45,446 bases of DNA from an uncultured Gammaproteobacteria bacterium (GTDB lineage Bacteria; Pseudomonadota; Gammaproteobacteria; Steroidobacterales; Rariloculaceae), in NCBI GenBank assembly GCA_964553875.1, contig CAZKNH010000007.1:1-45446 (forward strand), given 5' to 3'. Shown in pieces: positions 38,041-45,446 of the stretch. The notes below the pieces were generated by a model. The model did not search any database, was not told the origin of the DNA, and worked only from the letters and a program-made list of their open reading frames with translations. Numbering within the stretch: the first letter of the stretch is position 1; every line of letters begins with the position of its first letter. Both the position numbers and the translations under genes were made by a program.

Positions 38041-39738
38041 TCACGCGCCGCCGCTCGCGCTCGCCTTCACCGCAGCCGCACCCACGATACCGGTCCGCCG
38101 CACGAAGTCGCCGAACGGCTCGCCGGGCCTGCGCGCCTGCGCGTAGTCCGCGAGGATCCGGTCGAGCGTCGCAAGGATCTCGGCCTCCGGCAGGTTCGGC
38201 GCATAGAGCTCGTTCAACCTCTCGCCGGTGAGCCCGCCGCCTAGGAACAGGGCGTAGCGGCCAGGCGCCCTGCCGACGAGCGCGATCTCGGCAAGATAGG
38301 GCCGCGCGCAGCCGTTCGGGCAGCCGGTGATCCTGAGCAGGATCTCGTCGTCGGCGAGCCCGTGCTTCTCGAGGATCGGCTCGAGCTTTGCGAGGAACTC
38401 GGGCAGATAGCGCTCGGATTCCGCCATCGCGAGCCCGCACGTCGGCAGCGCGACGCACGACATCGCGTTCCGCCGCAACGGCGAGAGCTTCGCGTAGAAG
38501 TCGAGCCCATGCTCTGCGACGATGCGGTCGATGTCGTCGACGTGCGCGGGATCGACGCCCGCGATGATCACGTTCTGATTCGCCGTCAAACGGAAATCGC
38601 CGCCGTGAATCCTCGCGAGCGCATTGATCCCCGTGCGGAACCGCTGCTCGCCGGTGTCGACGACGCGTCCCGAGGGCACGAAGAGCGTCAAGTGCATCCG
38701 CCCGTCGTCGCCCCGCACCCAGCCGAGCCGGTCTCCGGTCGTCGTGAACTTGAACGGCTTCGGCGGCTCGAGCGGAAAACCGAGCCGGCGCGCGAGCTCC
38801 TCCTTGACCCAATCGATACCGCGGTCGTCGATCGTGTATTTGAAGCGCGCGTGCATGCGGTCGCTGCGGTCGCCGTAGTCGCGCTGAATGCCGACGACGT
38901 GCTCGGCGACGGCGACGACATCCGGAGCCTTGCAGTACCCGATCGTCGTCGCGAGCCGCGGATACGTCTTCGGATCACCGTGGGTCATGCCGAGGCCGCC
39001 GCCGACCGCGACGTTGTAGCCCGTGATCTCGTTGCCGCGCGCGATCGCGATGAAGCCGAGGTCCTGCCCGAAGACGTCGATGTCGTTGAGCGGCGGCACG
39101 ACGAAGCCGACCTTGAACTTGCGCGGCATGTACGCCTTGCCGTAGATCGGCTCCTCGTCGTCGCGCGGCGGGGCCTTGGGCTCGCCCCGCCAGATCTCGC
39201 CGTACGCGCCCGTCTTCGGCGTCAGACGGTCGACGACCTCGAGCGCCTTCTCGTACGCGATGCGGTGAAGCGCGGACTGCTCGGGCAGCGGCGTGATCAC
39301 GACGTTACGGTTCACGTCGCCGCACGCGGCGATCGTCGTCAACCCCGCGTCGGCGATCGCGCGCATCGCGGGCTTCACATTCTTCTTGACGACGCCGTGC
39401 AGCTGGATCGATTGGCGCGTCGTCAGACGCACGCTGCCGTTGCCGTAGCGGTTCGCGATCTCGTCGACGGCGAGCCACTGCTCCGTCGTCATCACGCCGC
39501 CCGGCACGCGAATCCGGATCATGAAGATGTACGCCGGCTCGAGCTTCTGCTCCGCACGCTCGTGGCGGATGTCGCGATCGTCCTGCTGATACATCCCGTG
39601 GAACTTGAGGAGCTGGCGATCCTCCTCGGTCACGGCGCCCGTCACGGGATCGGCCAGCGACACCTCGATCGTGCCGCGCAGGAACCGACTGTTGCGCTTG
39701 ATGTGCTCGACCTCGGAAAGGGGCTTTTCCGTGCTCAC
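38041..39738 (-). CDS. cysI: NADPH-dependent assimilatory sulfite reductase hemoprotein subunit
   Basis: E.IK..S.FLRGTI, KFHGMYQQDDRD, TTRQ..QLHG, ACGDVNRN, PRKFK, CVALPTCGLA and ITGCPNGC siroheme/Fe-S motifs. Confidence 0.97.
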   Translation of the reverse strand: MSTEKPLSEVEHIKRNSRFLRGTIEVSLADPVTGAVTEEDRQLLKFHGMYQQDDRDIRHERAEQKLEPAYIFMIRIRVPGGVMTTEQWLAVDEIANRYGNGSVRLTTRQSIQLHGVVKKNVKPAMRAIADAGLTTIAACGDVNRNVVITPLPEQSALHRIAYEKALEVVDRLTPKTGAYGEIWRGEPKAPPRDDEEPIYGKAYMPRKFKVGFVVPPLNDIDVFGQDLGFIAIARGNEITGYNVAVGGGLGMTHGDPKTYPRLATTIGYCKAPDVVAVAEHVVGIQRDYGDRSDRMHARFKYTIDDRGIDWVKEELARRLGFPLEPPKPFKFTTTGDRLGWVRGDDGRMHLTLFVPSGRVVDTGEQRFRTGINALARIHGGDFRLTANQNVIIAGVDPAHVDDIDRIVAEHGLDFYAKLSPLRRNAMSCVALPTCGLAMAESERYLPEFLAKLEPILEKHGLADDEILLRITGCPNGCARPYLAEIALVGRAPGRYALFLGGGLTGERLNELYAPNLPEAEILATLDRILADYAQARRPGEPFGDFVRRTGIVGAAAVKASASGGA

Positions 39739-39789
39739 TCGCTTCCCCGTTTTCGCTCGAAGAGTCGGCCGTACGAAGCAGCAAATCGA

Positions 39790-41586
39790 TCAATACACGT
39801 CGCGCTGATAACGCTTCGCGGCCTTCAGCGCCTCGACGTATTCCTCTGCCGCGTCGGCCGATTTGCCGCCCGCTTCACGCACCACGCTCACGAGCGCCGC
39901 GTGCACGGCCGGCGCCATGTGCTCGGCCTCGCCGCAGACGTAAACGTGCGCACCCTGCTCGAGCCAGTCGTACAGCGTCTTCGCTTCCTCGGCGATCCGG
40001 TTCTGCACGTAGACCTTGTGCGCCTGATCGCGCGAGAACGCGACCGTCAGGCGGGTCAGCAGCCCTTCCTTCCGATAGCGCAGCCACTCGAGCTGATATA
40101 GGAAATCCGAGTGCATCGTGCGATCGCCGAAGATCAGCCAGTTCCGGCCGCGCGCGCCGTGCACGCCGCGGTGCTGCAGGAACGCGCGATACGGCGCGAC
40201 GCCGGTCCCGGCGCCGATCATGATCACGGGCACATCGCCATCCGCCGGCAGCCGGAAGTGGTCGTTCGGCTCGACGTAAACGCGCACCTCGGCCGTCGGA
40301 CCGGCGAGGAAGCCGGACGCCGCACCCCAGTGCGCGCGGCCGAACCGCTCGTACGCGACGACACCCACGGTGAGGTGCGCTTCGTCCGGATTCGCGTCGA
40401 GGCTCGACGCGACGGAATAGAGCCGCGGCGTCAGCTTGCGCAACGTATTGACGAACTGCTGAGGGGTGAGCTCCGCGGGATGCTCGGCGACGACGTCAAC
40501 GACCTGCCGCACCTCCAGATACGCCGTCGCGTCGGACGTTTCGAGCAGCGCCGCGAGCGCTTTCGCATTCGCGACCTCGGCATAGGCCTTCGCGAAGCCG
40601 CGGCTCGCGTTCGTGATCTCGAGGCGCTGCGTTAATGCGTCACGCAGCGCGAGCGCCTCTCCGCCGACGCGGACCTCGGCATCACCATCGAGCGCAAGCA
40701 CTTCGAGCAGCGCGTCGACGGACTCGGGCCGGTTCTCCGGCCAGACGCCGATCGCGTCGCCCGGCTCGAAGACCAGCCCCGAGCCTTCGAGCGACAGCTC
40801 GATATGGCGCACGTCCTTCGTCGAGCCGCGGCCCGTGATCTTCTGGTTCACGAGCACCTCGGCCGGGAACGGGTTCGCACGCGAATGCACGGGCGCCGCG
40901 CTGCCGCCGCGCACGACCTCGAGCTGCGCGACGCGGCGCGTCTCGCCGCGCTCCGCCTCGATCTTCGCGACGAGCGCGTCGCGCCATGCGTCGGCCGCGT
41001 CCTCGAAATCGACGTCGCAGTCGACGCGGTCGTGCACGCGCTTCGCGCCGAGGGCCTCGAGCCGGGCGTCGAGCGCGCGTCCGACCGAGCAGAAGTCCTC
41101 GTAGCTCGAATCACCGAGCGCGAGCACCGAGTAGCGGAGCTGCTCGAGCCTCGGCGCACGGTCGCTCATCCAGAACTTGAAGAACGCCTCGGTGCCCTCC
41201 GGCGGATCCCCGAGCCCATGCGTTGCGACGATGAACGTCGCCTGCTCGACACGCCGCAGGCTCTTCGGGTCGAAGTCGCGGAGATCGACGAGCTCCGTAG
41301 CGACCCCTATGTGATTGAGACGCTGCTCGACGGATTGCGCGACACGTCGACTGTTGCCAGTCTCCGTCGCGTAGAAGATCGTCCACCGAGCCGCCGGCGC
41401 GTCGTGCTGCTGCGGCGCCGGCGCCGCCGCGTTCGCAGCGGCCGCCCGTCCGGCAGCGAGCCCGGCGAGATATCCGCTCGTCCAGATGAGCTGCTCGCGA
41501 TCGAGGTGACCGACGACCTCGTCGAGCCGCTTCAATGTCTCCGCTGGGACGGAAGGCGGAACGGCGTCCGCTCGAACTGCCGACAT
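39790..41586 (-). CDS. cysJ: Sulfite reductase flavoprotein subunit
   Basis: QL.W.SGY N-terminus, [11 protein letters not shown] loop, [34 protein letters not shown]. Confidence 0.97.
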   Translation of the reverse strand: MSAVRADAVPPSVPAETLKRLDEVVGHLDREQLIWTSGYLAGLAAGRAAAANAAAPAPQQHDAPAARWTIFYATETGNSRRVAQSVEQRLNHIGVATELVDLRDFDPKSLRRVEQATFIVATHGLGDPPEGTEAFFKFWMSDRAPRLEQLRYSVLALGDSSYEDFCSVGRALDARLEALGAKRVHDRVDCDVDFEDAADAWRDALVAKIEAERGETRRVAQLEVVRGGSAAPVHSRANPFPAEVLVNQKITGRGSTKDVRHIELSLEGSGLVFEPGDAIGVWPENRPESVDALLEVLALDGDAEVRVGGEALALRDALTQRLEITNASRGFAKAYAEVANAKALAALLETSDATAYLEVRQVVDVVAEHPAELTPQQFVNTLRKLTPRLYSVASSLDANPDEAHLTVGVVAYERFGRAHWGAASGFLAGPTAEVRVYVEPNDHFRLPADGDVPVIMIGAGTGVAPYRAFLQHRGVHGARGRNWLIFGDRTMHSDFLYQLEWLRYRKEGLLTRLTVAFSRDQAHKVYVQNRIAEEAKTLYDWLEQGAHVYVCGEAEHMAPAVHAALVSVVREAGGKSADAAEEYVEALKAAKRYQRDVY

Positions 41587-41724
41587 GAAACCGCTTCTTC
41601 GTGGAGGTGGCGGGCCATACTATTTTCGGTACCGTGGTGCGTGAACGTAGAAAGATGCATCGCGGTATATCCAAAGCGAATTTGCGCGAATAACCGACGA
41701 AAACAGGCGCGCGACGCTTTTAGT

Positions 41725-41761
41725 ATCGATAATCTCGATGTTCGCATTCGATCGCATCGAT
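41725..41761. promoter_or_regulatory. Paired LysR-type T-N11-A boxes
   Basis: ATCGATAATCTCGAT (41725-41739) and TTCGATCGCATCGAT (41747-41761) in the divergent cysJ/LysR region. Confidence 0.55.
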
Positions 41762-41863
41762 GGCGTGCGCGAGATCGCGCGCAAATGCGCACGGATGGAA
41801 TGAAGTTGACTTGTAGCGTCGAACTGCCGAATCTGCGCCGCTCGACGTTGCCCGTTTCGAGAA

Positions 41864-42712
41864 ATGGATACCGAGCTCGCACGCACGTTCCTGTCCGTCG
41901 TCGCCGCCGGCAACTTCGTGAAGGCCGCGGAGAAACTCTGCGTGACCCAATCGACGGTCAGCGCACGGATTCAATCTCTCGAGCAGCAGCTCGGCTGCCG
42001 ACTGTTCGAGCGCAACAAGGCCGGCACGACGCTGACTCCGGCGGGGCGGCTGTTCCAGAAGCACGCGGCCGCGCTGCTGCGCACGGTCGAGCGCGCGCGG
42101 CAGGACGCAGGTATCGCGCAGGGCTTCCGCGCGTCATTGACGATCGGCGGGCGCATCGGGGTCTGGGAAGGACTGTTGCTGCCGTGTCTCGCGCACCTGC
42201 GCAAGACGGCCCCGGAGATCGCGATCCGCGCTGAAATCGGCTTCGAGGAGGACTTGATGCAGGGGCTCGTCGAGGGCCGGGTCGACATCGCCGTCCTCTA
42301 CTCTCCGCAGAGCCGCCCCGGGCTGATCGTCGAAAGGCTCGCGGACGAGGAGCTCCTGCTCGTGTCGACGCGTGCGGACGTGTCGGCACCCGGCGAGGCG
42401 GACTACGTTTACGTCGACTGGGGACCCGAGTTCTACGCGCGCCATCAAGCGAGCTTCCCGGAGTTCATCGCGTCCGGGCTCACGGTGAATGTCGGGTGGC
42501 TCGGCCTGCAGCACGTGCGTGCGGCCGGTGGGTCCGGCTATTTCCCGCGACGGCTCGTTGCCGCGGATCTCGCCGCCGGCCGGCTCCACGCGTCGAGTGA
42601 CGCGCCGCAGCTTCGTTTGCCGATCTACGTCGTTTATCCGGAAGATCGCGAGCACGACGTGTTCGATCCGGTCCTCGCCCGCATTCGGAAGGCGGCGCAG
42701 GCCGGGTCGTAG
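41864..42712 (+). CDS. LysR family transcriptional regulator (HdfR-like)
   Basis: MDTELARTFL.V...GNF..AAE.L..TQSTVSARI..LE..LG..LF.R; substrate-binding domain with YVYVDWG..F. Confidence 0.93.
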   Translation: MDTELARTFLSVVAAGNFVKAAEKLCVTQSTVSARIQSLEQQLGCRLFERNKAGTTLTPAGRLFQKHAAALLRTVERARQDAGIAQGFRASLTIGGRIGVWEGLLLPCLAHLRKTAPEIAIRAEIGFEEDLMQGLVEGRVDIAVLYSPQSRPGLIVERLADEELLLVSTRADVSAPGEADYVYVDWGPEFYARHQASFPEFIASGLTVNVGWLGLQHVRAAGGSGYFPRRLVAADLAAGRLHASSDAPQLRLPIYVVYPEDREHDVFDPVLARIRKAAQAGS

Positions 42713-42738
42713 CTCGCACCCAGGCCGCGACCGGGTCA

Positions 42739-42772
42739 TTGACGCCCCATGTGTATTAGTGTACCTATACAC
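42739..42772 (+). promoter_or_regulatory. -35 box TTGACG plus YtrA-type operator palindrome GTGTAT-N10-ATACAC
   Basis: TTGACG at 42739; GTGTATTAGTGTACCTATACAC at 42751-42772, upstream of the GntR gene. Confidence 0.65.
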
Positions 42773-42810
42773 CAATGAGCTAGCGGCCAAGCGATGGTCG
42801 CGCACATCAG

Positions 42811-43218
42811 ATGTTCATCCTGAATCCGCAGTCCGGCACTCCGATCTATCGCCAGCTGATGGATCAGGTGCGGCGTCTCGTCTCGAGCGGGCAGCTCCCG
42901 CCCGGGACGCCGCTGCCGTCGGTGCGCGAGCTCGCGCTCGAGCACGCCGTCAATCCGATGACGATCTCGAAGGCCTATCACCTCCTCGAGCTCGAGGGCG
43001 TTCTCGTGCGCAATCGCGGCAAGCCGATGACGGTGGCCGCACGGGCCCGCAACGCGGCGCCGCGCGAGCAACGCCGCCGGCAGCTCGACGCGTCCGTCGC
43101 GGAGCTCGTGCTCGCCGCGAAGCAGCTCGAGCTCGAGAAAGAAGACATCGTCACGCTCATCGACGAGCACTGGGAGAACGAAGATGCGCGAAGCGGTCGT
43201 CAGCGCCGAAAAACTTAG
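42811..43218 (+). CDS. GntR family regulator, YtrA subfamily
   Basis: PIYRQL...LPSVRELA....VNPMTISKAY..LE.EG; short C-terminus; followed by ABC genes. Confidence 0.93.
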   Translation: MFILNPQSGTPIYRQLMDQVRRLVSSGQLPPGTPLPSVRELALEHAVNPMTISKAYHLLELEGVLVRNRGKPMTVAARARNAAPREQRRRQLDASVAELVLAAKQLELEKEDIVTLIDEHWENEDARSGRQRRKT

Positions 43219-44062
43219 CAAGTCGTTCGGACACAAAGAGGTGCTGCGCGGGATCACTGCAACCGCCGAGCCCGGCGACGTGATCGGCGTGCTCGGCAAG
43301 AACGGCGCCGGCAAGACGACGCTGCTCGAGGTGCTGCTCGGCTTCGGCCCGCCGACGTCCGGCAGCGCGAAGGTATTCGGCGAGGACAGCATGCATCTCT
43401 CGGAGCGCGCGAAGGCGCGGATCGGCTTCGTCCCGCAACAGGACGAGCTGATCGAGATACTGACCGGCGCGCAGCACGTGAAGGTGACCTCTTCGTTCTA
43501 TCGCGTCTGGGATCACGCGCTGACGAGCCGGCTCGTCTCCGAATGGGAGATCCCGATGGACCGCGCGATCGGCAAGCTCTCGCCCGGCGAGCGGCAGAAG
43601 CTCGCGCTCGTGCTCGCGCTCGGCCACCGTCCGGATCTGCTCGTGCTCGACGAACCCGTCGCGAGCCTCGATCCCATCGCGCGGCGCGCGTTCCTCAAGC
43701 AGCTTCTCGACATCACGGATGACGAGCACCGCACCGTGCTCTTCTCGTCACACATCGTCTCGGACCTCGAGCGCGTCGCGAACAGGATCTGGATCCTGAG
43801 GGAAGGCGAGCTGATCTGGCAGGGCGAGCTCGACGCGCTGAAGGAGTCGGTCGTGCGGCTGCACGTTCGCGGCCGACGCGAGCTCGCGGGCAGCCTCGGC
43901 ATTCCGAACGCGCTCTCCGAGCGCATTCACGGCACGCACGCGACCGTCGCCGTCGCAGCGTGGGACCCGGCCGAGCAGGCCCGTCTCGCGGCCCGTCTCG
44001 ACGCCGACATCGAAGCGGAGCCGCTCGGGCTCGAGGACATCTTCGTGGAGCTGCACGGTTGA
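43184..44062 (+). CDS. ABC transporter ATP-binding protein
   Basis: Walker A GKNGAGKTT, signature LSPGERQK, Walker B LLVLDEP, SSH, C-terminal LEDIF. Confidence 0.95.
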   Translation: MREAVVSAEKLSKSFGHKEVLRGITATAEPGDVIGVLGKNGAGKTTLLEVLLGFGPPTSGSAKVFGEDSMHLSERAKARIGFVPQQDELIEILTGAQHVKVTSSFYRVWDHALTSRLVSEWEIPMDRAIGKLSPGERQKLALVLALGHRPDLLVLDEPVASLDPIARRAFLKQLLDITDDEHRTVLFSSHIVSDLERVANRIWILREGELIWQGELDALKESVVRLHVRGRRELAGSLGIPNALSERIHGTHATVAVAAWDPAEQARLAARLDADIEAEPLGLEDIFVELHG

Positions 44063-44123
44063 GCTTGCTGAACGTCACGGCCCGCGACGTCATGGCGCGC
44101 TTCGCGCGACACGGAGCATCCCC

Positions 44124-45443
44124 ATGCGCGCGACGCTGACTCTGGCCGCGCTTCATTTCACGACGTTCCCGACACAGCGCGCGCTGATGCAAGCCGGCGC
44201 GGTGCTCGTCGCGCTCGGCGGAACGTTGACGTTCGGCGGCCTTGCAGGCGCCCTCCTCCCCCTGGTCGGCGCCGTCACGCTCCTCGGCGCGGTGCTGCTG
44301 CTCGTACCTCTCGCCGCGACGCTCGGCCTCGTGTTCCGCATGCTGTCGCTGCCGAGGACGCATCGACTGCTGCCGTTCTTCCGCCGGCGCATGCTCGCCG
44401 CGACCGGACTCGTGCTCGCAGCCGCGACCGGGGCGACCGCCTGGCTCGTGTCCTCGTCCGACGGGCTCGCGTTATCGGCGTCGATCGCATACACGGCCGT
44501 CGCCTGGAGCACGTTGCTGTGGTTGCCGTTCTTCGGCCAGCGGGGGCTCGCGGCGCTCGTGCCGGTCCTGCCTGCAGCGTGGATCGCGCAGCGCGTCTTC
44601 GGGCTCGGCGTCGACGACGTGCCGCCGCTCGCCGTCGGCATCGGGCTCGCGGCGGCGTGGGGCGCGTTCGCGGCATGGTATCTGCGCGCGGGGCCGCTCG
44701 ACGCGCTCGCGCCGCATCGTTCGGTGCGGCTGCTCGGAGCGCCGTCCGCAACGAGGGACGGGGCGCGTCCGCGCGGGCTGTCCGCGGCCGAACGAACGGA
44801 CCTCTACGTTCACGGCTCGCCCGCGCTTTTCGGGCCGCGAGCGAAGGCCATGCGCTACGCGATCGAGCTCTGCTCCGTCGGCGTCATCTATCTCGTGCTC
44901 GGTACGATCGAGCTCGCGAGCGCCGTCCGTGCAGCGTTCGCGACGCCGTTCGCCGCTGCAGTGCTCGCTTTTCCCGTCGCGCTCGCCGCGGCTGCGCGTG
45001 CGCGTCGCCTGTGGCTCCGCGCGCCTCTCGGCCGAGCCGGTCTCCTCGGCACGGTCGAGCGGGCGCTCGTGCGAAGCGAGCCCGCACGTTTGACGGCCTT
45101 TGCGACCGCAATCGTCGTCGTTCACGCGTCGCTCGCCGGCATTGCGCCCGGGCAAGTCGTCGCGATCGTGCTCGCCGTCGTCACGACGGCCGCATCCGGC
45201 ACATTCGTCGGCCTGATGATCCCGTCGCGAACACGCCTTGTGGACTGGGTCGTCGGCGGCGCATACGGGCTGACCGCGCTCGTCGGCGCGGTCGCGGCGG
45301 CCGTCGCGCGCACCGACGTCCTGCTCGGTATCGCGTGCGTGCTAGCGGCGGGCGCAGCGCTCTGCAGGCTCGCGGCGCAGCGCCGCTGGCGCCGCATCGA
45401 TTGGCTCGTCCTGCGCGCGCGACGAATCGAACGAGGCACGTGA
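44124..45443 (+). CDS. Multi-pass membrane protein, probable ABC permease
   Basis: Many hydrophobic segments, follows the ABC ATPase, GGAG upstream, ends RRW..IDW. Confidence 0.7.
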   Translation: MRATLTLAALHFTTFPTQRALMQAGAVLVALGGTLTFGGLAGALLPLVGAVTLLGAVLLLVPLAATLGLVFRMLSLPRTHRLLPFFRRRMLAATGLVLAAATGATAWLVSSSDGLALSASIAYTAVAWSTLLWLPFFGQRGLAALVPVLPAAWIAQRVFGLGVDDVPPLAVGIGLAAAWGAFAAWYLRAGPLDALAPHRSVRLLGAPSATRDGARPRGLSAAERTDLYVHGSPALFGPRAKAMRYAIELCSVGVIYLVLGTIELASAVRAAFATPFAAAVLAFPVALAAAARARRLWLRAPLGRAGLLGTVERALVRSEPARLTAFATAIVVVHASLAGIAPGQVVAIVLAVVTTAASGTFVGLMIPSRTRLVDWVVGGAYGLTALVGAVAAAVARTDVLLGIACVLAAGAALCRLAAQRRWRRIDWLVLRARRIERGT

Positions 45444-45446
45444 CAG

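Overview
High-GC bacterial chromosomal segment, most likely from a Gram-negative proteobacterium (inferred from TolC/RND genes, outer-membrane barrels, cysJI and sigma54-type promoters). About 33 credible genes; most other ORFs in the track are GC-rich shadow ORFs. In order: the end of a prkA/yeaG-yeaH-spoVR operon; a CzcCBA-like RND operon with a DUF3240-like gene; a TlpA-like thioredoxin; a lipoprotein; a CMD/beta-hydroxyacid dehydrogenase/MFS operon; a REP/REPIN-like repeat cluster; chaB; pirin; a sirtuin; TetR plus arylsulfatase; alpha-2-macroglobulin plus pbpC; a decayed patch at about 26.7-29.5 kb (receiver-domain remnants, a frameshifted outer-membrane pseudogene, two intact barrel genes); MATE; dodecin; AraC plus a PQQ dehydrogenase; degQ; a SufR-like regulator; a diheme cytochrome c; cysJI; LysR; and a YtrA-type GntR/ABC module. 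No rRNA, tRNA, CRISPR, integrase or transposase was recognised. Best leads: (1) an orphan MauG/BthA-like diheme protein with a predicted His/Tyr heme, divergent from a SufR-like Fe-S sensor and degQ, next to cysJI; (2) a macroglobulin whose thioester motif reads SWEQ instead of CxEQ; (3) a GTC(A/T)GAC-core palindromic repeat family at two sites; (4) an AraC gene with no canonical start codon; (5) sigma54 promoters at chaB and dodecin. All calls come from motif recognition by eye; no searches were run.
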